The notes under the pieces were generated by a model. It ran no database searches, had not been told where the DNA came from, and saw nothing but the letters and a program-made list of their open reading frames with translations. A stretch of 62,781 nt of DNA from a virus (lineage: Duplodnaviria; Caudoviricetes). A program made the translations under genes and the position numbers. Location: IMG/VR virus record IMGVR_UViG_3300036840_000070, positions 1-62,781 of that record; one strand, written 5' to 3'. The number at the start of each line of letters is the position of its first letter. The first letter of the stretch is position 1. Positions 9,506 to 18,293 of the stretch are shown piece after piece.

Positions 9506-9750
9506 TGCGCGCGTCCGGTTGGTTCGGTGAGCACTGGGGCGCGCCCGTCTGCGATGACGACACGCACGTGCCCACGCCCGTGGGCGAGCCGTGCGCGCGC
9601 TGCGGCGAGCCAATCAAGGCTGACGATCAGGGCGTCACAGCGTGGGTTGTCTCCACGCCACCACGGCTGATCGCACATCACCTGGACTGCTACCTAGCTA
9701 CCATCATCTGCCCTGGCTGTCCGCGGTGCCAGCCGGAAAGGTTCCACTGA
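9505..9750 (+). CDS. Small Cys/His-rich protein
   Basis: CARC, HLDC, CPGCPRC; GGAGG RBS. Confidence 0.6.
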   Translation: MRASGWFGEHWGAPVCDDDTHVPTPVGEPCARCGEPIKADDQGVTAWVVSTPPRLIAHHLDCYLATIICPGCPRCQPERFH

Positions 9751-10088
9751 TGCCCATGCGCAGCATCCCCATCCGCGATGCTTCGGGCCGCGTCATCGGC
9801 ATCGGCTGCACGCGCGCGCCCCTGCCCACCTGTGACAGCACCGCGTGCCGCAAGCCCGGTAACCTGCTGTGCGATTTCCCGGTGATGCGCCGCGGGCGCA
9901 AGCTCACGTGCAGCCGCCGCATGTGCCAGGCTCACGCGACGAAGGTGGGCCCGCGCCGCCACTACTGCCCGCCGCACGCGAAGCTGCACGCTGAGCAGCA
10001 GGCGAAGGCGCGCGAGGAGGAGCGCGAGAAAGCCTGGTGGGATGACTTCCTGGCGGGCTTCACGCCGGTGAAGGGCGAGGATCCGTGA
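9750..10088 (+). CDS. Cys-rich protein (LLCDFP...C..HA...YCPPH)
   Basis: Coupled; zinc-binding pattern. Confidence 0.6.
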   Translation: MPMRSIPIRDASGRVIGIGCTRAPLPTCDSTACRKPGNLLCDFPVMRRGRKLTCSRRMCQAHATKVGPRRHYCPPHAKLHAEQQAKAREEEREKAWWDDFLAGFTPVKGEDP

Positions 10089-10486
10089 GAAGCGAGCGAA
10101 ACATCACGCGGCACGAACATGCGTGGCAGGTCCGCGTCACGCGCGGATCCGGGGATAAGAAGCGCGTGCACTCCAAGGTCTTCAGTGATGGCGCGCTGGG
10201 CGGAAAGCGCAAAGCACTGGCGCAGGCCCGAGCGTTCCGAGACTCACTGCTAGCGGAATTGCCGCGACTGGATCGCCGCGCACCCGCTGGCTGGGGCTAC
10301 GTGCGCCGCACCGAGAAACGGCAGCGCGTCAACACGACGGCGGTCTGGGTGGCTTGGATCCGCGGTGCCGATGGCAAGGCACGCTCAACATCCTTCTCCA
10401 TTGCGGTGTGGGGCGAGCGCGGCGCAAAGGCACGGGCGAAGAAGTGGCTCGCCGAACGGCGCAGCGAAATAGCGCGAGGCACGTGA
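10085..10486 (+). CDS. AP2-like DNA-binding protein (two repeats)
   Basis: WQVRV..KVFS..GG..KALAQA..FRD and WVAW..SFSI..WG..GA..RA. Confidence 0.7.
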   Translation: MRSERNITRHEHAWQVRVTRGSGDKKRVHSKVFSDGALGGKRKALAQARAFRDSLLAELPRLDRRAPAGWGYVRRTEKRQRVNTTAVWVAWIRGADGKARSTSFSIAVWGERGAKARAKKWLAERRSEIARGT

Positions 10487-10965
10487 TGCAGGAGAAGCTT
10501 CCCCGCGGCGCTGAGTGGCAGCCGCTGCCCGTGCCCCGCGTGCTGTGGACATCAAACACGCTCTCGGTCAGCCGCTGGCAGCGCGGGGCCGTGCTGGTGG
10601 TGAGCGCGCTCGAGGATGCCGAGCTGCCCGGCGCAGGCGGCGCCAGCGGGCCCACGTGGCACGTGTCCATCTCACGGCTGGGCAAGCGCCCGCGCCCGCG
10701 TGACGTGGCCCACGCGCTGCGTGACTTCGGCATGGTGGGGGCCGAGCAGGATAACCACCACCCGGGCGTGGCCCAGCATTACTTCATGCCCGTGGATCCG
10801 GCCTACCGCAGCGCGTGCGAATGCAAGACCACCGAGGATGTGATCGTGGAAGCGGACGGCTACACGTGGACGAACCCAAAGCTCGACGCGGTAGAAGGCT
10901 GCCGCGGCTGCGAATTCGAACGGCTGCAGGGCAAGCCCTGCCCCATTCACCAGAGCGTGACGTGA
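10486..10965 (+). CDS. Hypothetical protein (WHVSIS motif, Cys-rich C-terminus)
   Basis: Coupled overlaps. Confidence 0.65.
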   Translation: MQEKLPRGAEWQPLPVPRVLWTSNTLSVSRWQRGAVLVVSALEDAELPGAGGASGPTWHVSISRLGKRPRPRDVAHALRDFGMVGAEQDNHHPGVAQHYFMPVDPAYRSACECKTTEDVIVEADGYTWTNPKLDAVEGCRGCEFERLQGKPCPIHQSVT

Positions 10966-11651
10966 CGGAGCAAGACTACGGGATCTTTCTGCCGCGCCCC
11001 GACCCAGCGGACGTGGCGGCGCTGGACGCCGAGTGCTTCCGCGATGGCCTGCTGCGCGTGCCGCCAGCCAGCTTCTACGCGCGCTTTGATCAGAACGCGC
11101 TGTCGGCGTGGTGCGTCGTGCGTGGCCTCTATCTACTGCCCACGCTCGAGCTGGTCAGCCTGCTGCGCACCATGATCGGCGAAGACCGCGCGATCGAGGT
11201 GGCTGCGGGCAACGGTGCGCTCGGGCGCGCGCTGGGCATTCCGGTGACCGATTCGCGACAGCATGAGCAACCCGACGTCGCGCGCTTCTACGCGCAGGTG
11301 GGCCAGGCAGTGACGCCCTATGCCCCGGATGTGGAGCGCCTCACCGCCATCGAAGCGGTGGACAAATACCGACCGCAGGTGGTGCTGGGCTCCTGGATCA
11401 CGCATCGCTTCGATGAGCGCTACCCGCAGCGCGGGGGCAACCCGGATGGCGTGGACTGCGTTGAATTATACGGCCGTGCATTCGTGCAGACGATCATCCT
11501 GATCGGGCACGAGCGCGTGAACCGCTACCAGCCGCTGCTGCAGCAGCCACACACCACGCTGCGCCCGCCAGGGATGCTCTTCGCGCGCCCGCTCGATGCG
11601 GGGCTGAATGTCATCTGGGTATGGGACAAAGCGACGGACGCGAACCGATGA
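10962..11651 (+). CDS. Putative SAM-dependent methyltransferase-fold protein
   Basis: AIEVAAGNGALG motif I-like; GTGA overlap. Confidence 0.5.
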   Translation: MTEQDYGIFLPRPDPADVAALDAECFRDGLLRVPPASFYARFDQNALSAWCVVRGLYLLPTLELVSLLRTMIGEDRAIEVAAGNGALGRALGIPVTDSRQHEQPDVARFYAQVGQAVTPYAPDVERLTAIEAVDKYRPQVVLGSWITHRFDERYPQRGGNPDGVDCVELYGRAFVQTIILIGHERVNRYQPLLQQPHTTLRPPGMLFARPLDAGLNVIWVWDKATDANR

Positions 11652-11983
11652 GCGAGAATCTGCACCCCACCACGGAGGAGCTGATCGCTGAGCAAACCGC
11701 CTTTGAGGCTTGGTTTCACGGCGCAATGCGGATGACCGAGGCGATCTTCTGGCTCCGGATGACCGCGGGCGCAGCGATCGTCGGCTACAACCTAGCAGTG
11801 CTCACCGGGCTGGCATCATTCAACTGGCCAGTGCTGGTCAGCTGCTGGGGCGCCTGGGCGCTCACGGGCATGGTGTGGCATTGGCACCAGCGCCGCACGC
11901 AACGGCGGCTCGACGCGAACCTGCAGCTCTGTGAGCGCCGGCTCGAAGCGCTGAAGATCGAAGCCGCGAAGGAGCAGCAGTGA
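11648..11983 (+). CDS. Membrane protein (2 TM)
   Basis: Two hydrophobic segments; ATGA overlap. Confidence 0.6.
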   Translation: MSENLHPTTEELIAEQTAFEAWFHGAMRMTEAIFWLRMTAGAAIVGYNLAVLTGLASFNWPVLVSCWGAWALTGMVWHWHQRRTQRRLDANLQLCERRLEALKIEAAKEQQ

Positions 11984-12285
11984 CGCGCGATCCCGAGCTC
12001 AGGCGCGCGCGCCGCTACGTGTACGCGGCGCTGCCCCTGTTGCTCGCGGCGCTGCTGGTGCTGCTCACCAGTGACATGACGCCAGGGCGCGGCACCGTGC
12101 AACGCATCATCGGGGCGGCGCTGTTCTTCGCGGCAACGGCGCTCGCGTGGCGTGGCCTCGTCATCCTTCAGCGCGTGGCATCGCACGTCATCCTTCAGCG
12201 CGTGGCATCGCACGATGTGGTAGGCTCGCCGCGTGAGGATCACGCTCGAGAGCACATCGCAGCTGATCGAGCTGAGCGGCAGTGA
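11980..12285 (+). CDS. Membrane protein (2 TM) with duplicated VILQRVASH
   Basis: Hydrophobic helices; GTGA overlap. Confidence 0.55.
   Translation: MTRDPELRRARRYVYAALPLLLAALLVLLTSDMTPGRGTVQRIIGAALFFAATALAWRGLVILQRVASHVILQRVASHDVVGSPREDHAREHIAADRAERQ
12159..12212 (+). repeat. Perfect 27-bp in-frame tandem duplication
   Basis: cgtcatccttcagcgcgtggcatcgca x2. Confidence 0.95.
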
Positions 12286-12460
12286 TCCGCTGAAGGGCAT
12301 GGCGGCCCGCGTGTGGGAAGGCCAGACCGAAAGCGGGATCAAGGTCGTGGCCTTCATCACGATGGTGGCCGTCGATGAGAAAGATCAAGCCGCCTTTGAC
12401 GAAGAGCTGCAGGTGCGCCGCCCTCCGATCGTGATGTGGCCGCAGCGGTTTCTCATATGA
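12233..12460 (+). CDS. Hypothetical protein (ARVWEG.TESG)
   Basis: Protein-like composition; coupled downstream. Confidence 0.6.
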   Translation: MRITLESTSQLIELSGSDPLKGMAARVWEGQTESGIKVVAFITMVAVDEKDQAAFDEELQVRRPPIVMWPQRFLI

Positions 12461-12786
12461 CGGTGCGCGCCGCCGCCGCCGAGCTCATCGAGGTGGGCCG
12501 CGTGCTGGGGCGCCTCGAGCGCTCCGAGCTGCTGGCGCAGCAGCTGCGTGACGCGCTCAGCCGAAGCACCATCGCCCCCGAGCCTCTGGCCGCGCTGCGG
12601 GCCGCCATCGAGGCGCTGGCGCAGCAGCACGAGCAGCGGCGGGCCGTGGAGCAGCGGGGCGCGAAAGCCGCCCAGGCGCGCGCTGACGAGCTGCTGGTGG
12701 CGGTGGAACACCCGGGGGCCCGCCTGGCCTACCGCCTTCTGGCGGCCGCCAGGGCGGCGCGCAGGGCCTGGCAGACGCATCGCTGA
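12457..12786 (+). CDS. Helical hypothetical protein
   Basis: ATGA overlap. Confidence 0.55.
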   Translation: MTVRAAAAELIEVGRVLGRLERSELLAQQLRDALSRSTIAPEPLAALRAAIEALAQQHEQRRAVEQRGAKAAQARADELLVAVEHPGARLAYRLLAAARAARRAWQTHR

Positions 12787-12839
12787 CGCACCGTGCCGCA
12801 CCGCGCGGGCTTGCCGGTGGCGCCGCCGCTCAGGTACCG

Positions 12840-13160
12840 TTACCGCGGATGGGGGCCACCAGCGCGATACGGCTCGATCACCTGCGTGAGCGGATGGCGC
12901 GCGTGCGCAGCGAGATGCAGGGCGTGCCGCCGCGGATGGACCGCCTGCGCCTGCGCGCCCGTGAGCTCACCACGTTGCTGGCGCAGGGCCAGGTCTACCT
13001 CCCCAAAGAAAAACCACCGCACCAGCCAGAGCAGAAAGAGCACGATGATGATCAGGCGGATGATCTTCGTCGCGCGCGCATCTAGCCCGAGCAGCGTGAC
13101 CAGCTCGAGCAGCAGCACGAGCACCACCACGGCAAACAGCAGAACGATCAGGGCGTGCAT
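12840..13160 (-). CDS. Small membrane protein (2 strong TM helices)
   Basis: LIVLLFAVVVLVLLL and IIRLIIIVLFLLWLV. Confidence 0.6.
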   Translation of the reverse strand: MHALIVLLFAVVVLVLLLELVTLLGLDARATKIIRLIIIVLFLLWLVRWFFFGEVDLALRQQRGELTGAQAQAVHPRRHALHLAAHARHPLTQVIEPYRAGGPHPR

Positions 13161-13181
13161 GCTGGCGGTGTAGCACGCCGA

Positions 13182-13916
13182 TCACGCCTCCGCCTTCGGG
13201 GCTCCCGGTGGCCTGCTGCTGAGCCGTGACTGCCGGATCATTGCCCGCATCTCATCGAAGTGTTCGCGATACGACGGGTGCATCCCATCAATCTCCTCCT
13301 CGCTGACCTTGACCTGCAGCAGCGCGTCGTCGAAGCGATTGATGCCGAGGCATTGGAAGCACATCGTGAACGTGCCCGGCGTGGGTACCGCGCCAGCGGG
13401 GCCGCTCGCGTGATCGTTGACGCGCCCGCAGTGGCCGCAGGGTGAGGGCGGCACGACGGTATCGGTGCCCTTCCTGAAGGCGAAATCTTCGAGCGCCTTC
13501 ACCGCTTCGCTCCTGTACGCGGCATCGGGCTCGGGCCCACCCGGCAGCTGCCCGATGAACCGCAGCGCGAAGGTCACCTGCGCCAGCGTGGCCTCGCCCT
13601 TCGTCTGCGCGTCCAGCCATTGCAGCAGCCGGTGCGCGTCGGGGCTGTCCGCCAGGTACCCATGCGTCTCGTGCGCAGCGATGCTGCCGATGAGCAGCGT
13701 GTCCCCGTTATCGATCCAGCGCAGCGCCGGCCGCCCCGGCTCGGTGGCGATCCATTTCTGGATCAGCAGGATGATTTGTTTCGTCAGCTCCACATAGGCG
13801 GGCGGTATCGCCACGTTCGGCTTGCCCATGCGCTTCATCTCGTAGCCGAGGGGCGATGCCCTCCGCTGGTGGCTGCGCTGCTGGCTGCGCTGCGCGCGGC
13901 GCTCACGGCGGTTCAT
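13182..13916 (-). CDS. Hypothetical protein with C-terminal zinc ribbon
   Basis: GGAGG RBS; MNRRERR start; CGHC...CFQC. Confidence 0.7.
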   Translation of the reverse strand: MNRRERRAQRSQQRSHQRRASPLGYEMKRMGKPNVAIPPAYVELTKQIILLIQKWIATEPGRPALRWIDNGDTLLIGSIAAHETHGYLADSPDAHRLLQWLDAQTKGEATLAQVTFALRFIGQLPGGPEPDAAYRSEAVKALEDFAFRKGTDTVVPPSPCGHCGRVNDHASGPAGAVPTPGTFTMCFQCLGINRFDDALLQVKVSEEEIDGMHPSYREHFDEMRAMIRQSRLSSRPPGAPKAEA

Positions 13917-14095
13917 GAATACCTCCGATATTTGGCCATAAACACCCGGTAACAATCCTCACAGAGCTCCACCAGCTCCTCGGATTCATCGACAGCGAAC
14001 CGGCTGCGTACCTCGACCTTCGCTTCTTCCTCGGGCCGCGTCCGCGCGAAGGTTTCGCGGCATGCGACACACGTAAACTCACCATGCTCGCTCAT
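13913..14095 (-). CDS. Small zinc-ribbon protein
   Basis: CVAC...CEDC; ATGA overlaps at both ends. Confidence 0.65.
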   Translation of the reverse strand: MSEHGEFTCVACRETFARTRPEEEAKVEVRSRFAVDESEELVELCEDCYRVFMAKYRRYS

Positions 14096-14367
14096 GGCTG
14101 CTCCGGCTCCTCTTCGGGCAAGCCGATCGGCGGGGCGCCGAAGGGCATCGGCTCCACGAGCGCCTTCTTCCACAGCTCGAGCGTTTCCTCCGGATGCTTC
14201 AGCGCCAGCTCGCCCAGCGCCTTCGCGAAGGGGATCAGCTGCCACAACATCCGCCTGATCTCGGGCCCGGGCTCGCTATCGGGCAGCGCCGTTGTGGCAG
14301 CGCCCATCGCGGTGAAGAGCGCGATGCACTCAGCGTCCACGTTCAGCGGACCACGCTTCGTCTTCAT
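14092..14367 (-). CDS. Hypothetical protein
   Basis: GGAGG RBS; coupled. Confidence 0.6.
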   Translation of the reverse strand: MKTKRGPLNVDAECIALFTAMGAATTALPDSEPGPEIRRMLWQLIPFAKALGELALKHPEETLELWKKALVEPMPFGAPPIGLPEEEPEQP

Positions 14368-14636
14368 GCGGCCTCCACGCGCTCGGTGACGGTCACCACG
14401 CACGCGCCCTCGTGCCCCAGCTTGCGAGCGCAGCGCGTGCCGTCGATCGGGTGACGTTCGATGCAGCGCGGGCCGTCAGATTCGAGATCGCGAGCGAGCA
14501 GCATCGTTGCGTGTGCGAAATGCGCGAGCTGGCGTTTCGCTTGGCTCCACCGCACCCAGAGCGCGAGCGCGGCTGCGATGATCGCAAGCGTCAGCGTGAT
14601 GTCAGCGGCCACGAGCCAGGCAGGCACCTCGATCAT
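14364..14636 (-). CDS. Membrane-anchored hypothetical protein
   Basis: N-terminal TM; C...C..GH.G motif. Confidence 0.55.
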   Translation of the reverse strand: MIEVPAWLVAADITLTLAIIAAALALWVRWSQAKRQLAHFAHATMLLARDLESDGPRCIERHPIDGTRCARKLGHEGACVVTVTERVEAA

Positions 14637-14703
14637 GACGCCACCTGCGACTGGGCGACGGTGACCGCCTCGAGGTCCCGCAGCACCTCGCGCAGCTTGA
14701 CGA

Positions 14704-15216
14704 TCATGGCTTCTCCAGCGCCGCCAGCTGGCGTGCCAGCTCCTCACACTCGCCCTTCACGTACGGCAGGTCGCGATAGCGATCCGTGCTCAGCGGCTCC
14801 GCGGGTGCAGCTTCAGCCTCCTCCCGCAACGCCCTCAGCATCGGATGCCGCGCTTCCAAGCCCGGCATGACGTCGAAGCCGTGCGCGCAGTCGAAGCCGA
14901 ACCACCACACGTCATCGGGCTCCCCGGGCTGCGGCACGTGGCAGATCTTGCCGCTGCAGCTGCCCGCGTAGTTCACGCCACCATGCGCGTCGAGCTCGAG
15001 ATCATCGGGCTCCTTCCCGTGCGCCGGGTGCCCCGGCGGCACCGCCACATAGCCGCAGAGGTTGCCGCTGTAGTCGTTGCGCGTGATCAGCATCGGATAC
15101 TGCGGCAGCTCGGGGAGCCGCCACTCGAGCCGATCGGGCTCGTCATCCCATGGCCCCGGTGCCCAGCCTGTTCTATCGACGCGCGCTTCGCGTGCCTTCG
15201 CTTCATCATCGCTCAT
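14704..15216 (-). CDS. Conserved-looking phage protein (CGYV..P.GHP, HGG, WWFGFDCAH)
   Basis: GGAGGG RBS; motif-rich. Confidence 0.75.
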   Translation of the reverse strand: MSDDEAKAREARVDRTGWAPGPWDDEPDRLEWRLPELPQYPMLITRNDYSGNLCGYVAVPPGHPAHGKEPDDLELDAHGGVNYAGSCSGKICHVPQPGEPDDVWWFGFDCAHGFDVMPGLEARHPMLRALREEAEAAPAEPLSTDRYRDLPYVKGECEELARQLAALEKP

Positions 15217-15334
15217 CGTTGAGATCCCTCCGTGCGCCCCGCGGCGCCGCAGACCGATCCATATACAGGATCGCGCTTGACATCACTAGCGCTCGGCGCT
15301 GCCATCGCGCCGCCGGCCGGGTTACCCTAGGCGG

Positions 15335-17056
15335 GTGAGCCGCAAACAGAAGCGCGCCAGACGCGTCGCAACGCAGGTGGGGCCCGCGCCGCTGCCTAAC
15401 CCCGGCGTGCTGGCGCGCGAATACCTGGGCGACCGGATCCCCGCGAGCGAAGCGTACCGCACGCACTACGGCAAAGCGCTGGACCTGAGCCGCATCGACT
15501 ACGCCATCCGCTCCGCGAACCAGGGGCAGATGCGGGCGCTCACGGATCTGGCGCGCGAAACGGTGAGCCTGGACGGGCACCTCAGCGCGCTGCTGCAAAA
15601 GCGGCTGAACCGGCTAGCAGCGCTCGACTGGGATGTGCAGCCCGCGGCGGGCGACCGCATCGATGCCGACAAGGCTGAGATCTACGCGGGCTTTGTGCGC
15701 GCGCAGCTCGAGGCCCTGCCGCGCTTCAGGGACATCATCGTGGACCTGGACTGGGCGGTGTTCGATGGGCGTGCCGCCAGCGAGATTGAGTGGCGGCACT
15801 GGGGCGGAGAGTGGCGCGTGATGGACCTGCACTGGATCCATCCGCGCCGTCTGAGCTTCGGCCCCGACCGCGATCTGCGCGTCATCGACGGCGTGCACGA
15901 AGGCGGCGGCTTCCAAGACGTGGGCTTCCCGCTCGAGCGGGTGCCGTACAAATTCGTCGTCTACAAACCCCGCCTGTTCGGTGACTACCAGGAGCGCGAA
16001 GGGCTGGCGCCGCGGTCACTCTATTGGAGCTTCTTCCAACGGTTTGGCACGCGCGAACGGATGGCGCTGCTCGAGCTCTTCGGGCGCCCGTGGCGCATCC
16101 TCGAGATCGATCCCGCCGCCACCGCCGTCAACATCGACAGCGTGCGCGCCGCGTATGAATCGGTCAAAAACCTGGGCTATCACAACACGGCCCAGCTACC
16201 GCTCGGCGTGAAGCTCAACGTCGTGCAGCCCTTCACGGGCGCTGGGCAGGTGAGCACGGAGGCGATCGACCACGCCACGAAGGTGCTCAGCAAGCTGTTT
16301 CTCGGCAGCACCGGCACCACGGACGCGGTGAGCACGGGCCTCGGCAGCTCCATCGGTGACGCGCACCTGAGCGAAGAGGACCTCGTCATCTGGTCCGACG
16401 CACGCCGGCTCGGTGAGGCGATCGAAGACCACCTGACGGACGCGATCATCGCGGTGAACTTCGGGCCCGGTGAGCTGGACCACGCGCCGCGCTTCATCTT
16501 CCGCACCGAGCCGCCGATGAACCGTGAGGCGGAAGCCAACCGGCTGAAGGCGGCGCTGGAGATTGGCTTGCCCGTGAGCCTCGAGGAGGCGCGGGAGAAG
16601 CTGGGCATCCAGGAGCTGCGTGAGGGTGAGCCCTATCTGCGGCGCGTGCAGCGCGTGGCTGAGCTCGGGCAGATCGCCCCGCCGCCTGCGAACGAGGTGG
16701 TCTACCCTGTGGGCGAAGCGCCCGATCCCGGTGAGATCATCGACACGCCGCTGGTCGCCAACAACCTGCCCAGCGGTGGCGCGGGCCCGAGCATGCCGCC
16801 CGCGCTGCCGCAGGCACCTGCGCCCGCGCTGCCCACGCCGGCGGAGCTGAGCGCGGACGAAGACGATCCCGATGACGTCGCGGCGCTGGCGGAGAAGATG
16901 ACATCGCTAGGGCTCACGCAGTGTGAGCACGGGCGGAAGAATCGCTGTGACTGGTGCGGCGTGGAGCGCCACCGCGATGTCGAGATGGTGGACGGCACGC
17001 CGCAGTGGGTTGTGGCGTGGAAGCCTATCCGCAAACGCACGGCGCCAGCAGCCTGA
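15335..17056 (+). CDS. Portal protein (DUF935, Mu gp29-like)
   Basis: D.HL.ALLQKR..L, DW.VQP, GL....YW.F, ELFG.P motifs; position. Confidence 0.88.
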   Translation: MSRKQKRARRVATQVGPAPLPNPGVLAREYLGDRIPASEAYRTHYGKALDLSRIDYAIRSANQGQMRALTDLARETVSLDGHLSALLQKRLNRLAALDWDVQPAAGDRIDADKAEIYAGFVRAQLEALPRFRDIIVDLDWAVFDGRAASEIEWRHWGGEWRVMDLHWIHPRRLSFGPDRDLRVIDGVHEGGGFQDVGFPLERVPYKFVVYKPRLFGDYQEREGLAPRSLYWSFFQRFGTRERMALLELFGRPWRILEIDPAATAVNIDSVRAAYESVKNLGYHNTAQLPLGVKLNVVQPFTGAGQVSTEAIDHATKVLSKLFLGSTGTTDAVSTGLGSSIGDAHLSEEDLVIWSDARRLGEAIEDHLTDAIIAVNFGPGELDHAPRFIFRTEPPMNREAEANRLKAALEIGLPVSLEEAREKLGIQELREGEPYLRRVQRVAELGQIAPPPANEVVYPVGEAPDPGEIIDTPLVANNLPSGGAGPSMPPALPQAPAPALPTPAELSADEDDPDDVAALAEKMTSLGLTQCEHGRKNRCDWCGVERHRDVEMVDGTPQWVVAWKPIRKRTAPAA

Positions 17057-17118
17057 GCCTGCGCGATCACATCTGCCTGGCGGCGCAGCCCGAGAGTGTC
17101 TTCGGCTCACCGCAGGTG

Positions 17119-18015
17119 ATGGTGGAGCGCGGCGTGGATGAGACCGCGCAGCAGACCGCCGAGCTCGCCGAGCGCATCGTGGCGGCGGTGAGCGGCAAGA
17201 CGAACCGCAAGGCCATCGAGGCCGCGATCAACGGAGCCGCGAAGCGGTTTGACCGGAGCCGCATCGCCAGACCCGTGCGGCGCGAGCTGCTCCACGGCTG
17301 CATGCTGGGCGCCCTCGATGCTGCCTTCGAAGCGAAGGAGGACACGCCCGTGGCCGTCGAAAGCTTCGCCGCGCTGCACCCGGCGCGGCGCGCGCTGGCG
17401 AAGTTCACGGACACGCGCTTTGCCCAGCGCCCGCTGAAGGAGGCGATCGCAGCCTTCCTCGAGCGCAAAGCGGTGACGCGCGCCGAATTCGACGCGATGG
17501 AGGTCGCGGCGCAGCGGCAGGCGTTCACAGTCGCTAACGCAGCCACCACCGAGATGGTGCGCACGGTGAAGCGGGAGCTGATCCGGCAGGTGGCCGTGGG
17601 CGCGGACCTGGCTGACTTCGGCAAACACGCGGCCGCCCGCTTCGAAGCCGCCGGGTGGATGCCCGCGAACGCGTCGCACGTGGAGACGATCTTCCGCACC
17701 GGCGTGGTCAACGCATACAGTGGCGGGCGCGTCCGCCAGATGACTCAGCCCGAGGTGCTCGAGCTGCGGCCCTTCTGGCAGATCCTCGGCGTGACCGATG
17801 GGCGCCAGCGCCGCACGCACCGCGCCGCCCACGGCGTGGTCCTGCGCGCAAATGATCCCTTCTGGGAGCGGGCAGCGCCGCCCTTCGGCTACAACTGCCG
17901 TTGCCGCATCCGCAGCCTCTCGCTGCACCAGGGCGCGCCGAAGGTGCAGGAGGGGAAGAGCATCAAAGGCCTGCCCGATCCCGGATTTGCTTCGGGGTTG
18001 GATACGCTGCTCTGA
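17119..18015 (+). CDS. Head morphogenesis protein F (Mu gp30 / SPP1 gp7-like)
   Basis: AFTVA, ETIFRT, D.R.R.TH.A.HG, DPFW....PPFGYNCRC; true start may be further upstream (in-frame CTG at 17053). Confidence 0.88.
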   Translation: MVERGVDETAQQTAELAERIVAAVSGKTNRKAIEAAINGAAKRFDRSRIARPVRRELLHGCMLGALDAAFEAKEDTPVAVESFAALHPARRALAKFTDTRFAQRPLKEAIAAFLERKAVTRAEFDAMEVAAQRQAFTVANAATTEMVRTVKRELIRQVAVGADLADFGKHAAARFEAAGWMPANASHVETIFRTGVVNAYSGGRVRQMTQPEVLELRPFWQILGVTDGRQRRTHRAAHGVVLRANDPFWERAAPPFGYNCRCRIRSLSLHQGAPKVQEGKSIKGLPDPGFASGLDTLL

Positions 18016-18199
18016 GCGCGGGATCGTCCAGGCACCGCCCGCACCGCCCGCAGACGTGCTCACCGCCGGGGCGCCCCATCGATCGGCGCAGCGCCAGCAT
18101 CGGGTTTGGTTTGAGCTCGTGCCCGAGCAGGGCGCACACGATGCGCAGCACGAACGGCGGACGCCACCTGACGTCGCGCGCGATACGCGGTCTCTCCAT
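17963..18199 (-). CDS. Small protein with C.LLGH...C.RCG motif (DUF1660-like)
   Basis: Motif; TAGCAT -10 box 6 nt before ATG. Confidence 0.55.
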   Translation of the reverse strand: MERPRIARDVRWRPPFVLRIVCALLGHELKPNPMLALRRSMGRPGGEHVCGRCGRCLDDPALRAAYPTPKQIRDRAGL

Positions 18200-18214
18200 G
18201 CGCTGATGCTAACC

Positions 18215-18226
18215 GATCCATGGATC
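18215..18226. promoter_or_regulatory. GATCCATGGATC palindrome, candidate operator between divergent promoters
   Basis: 19-bp identity (inverted) with 51262-51280. Confidence 0.6.
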
Positions 18227-18293
18227 ACATGCGATGAAGCGCGCACCCTGGCGTGCATTGCGTGATCCATGATCGCGCCCGTATGGTGAGGCG

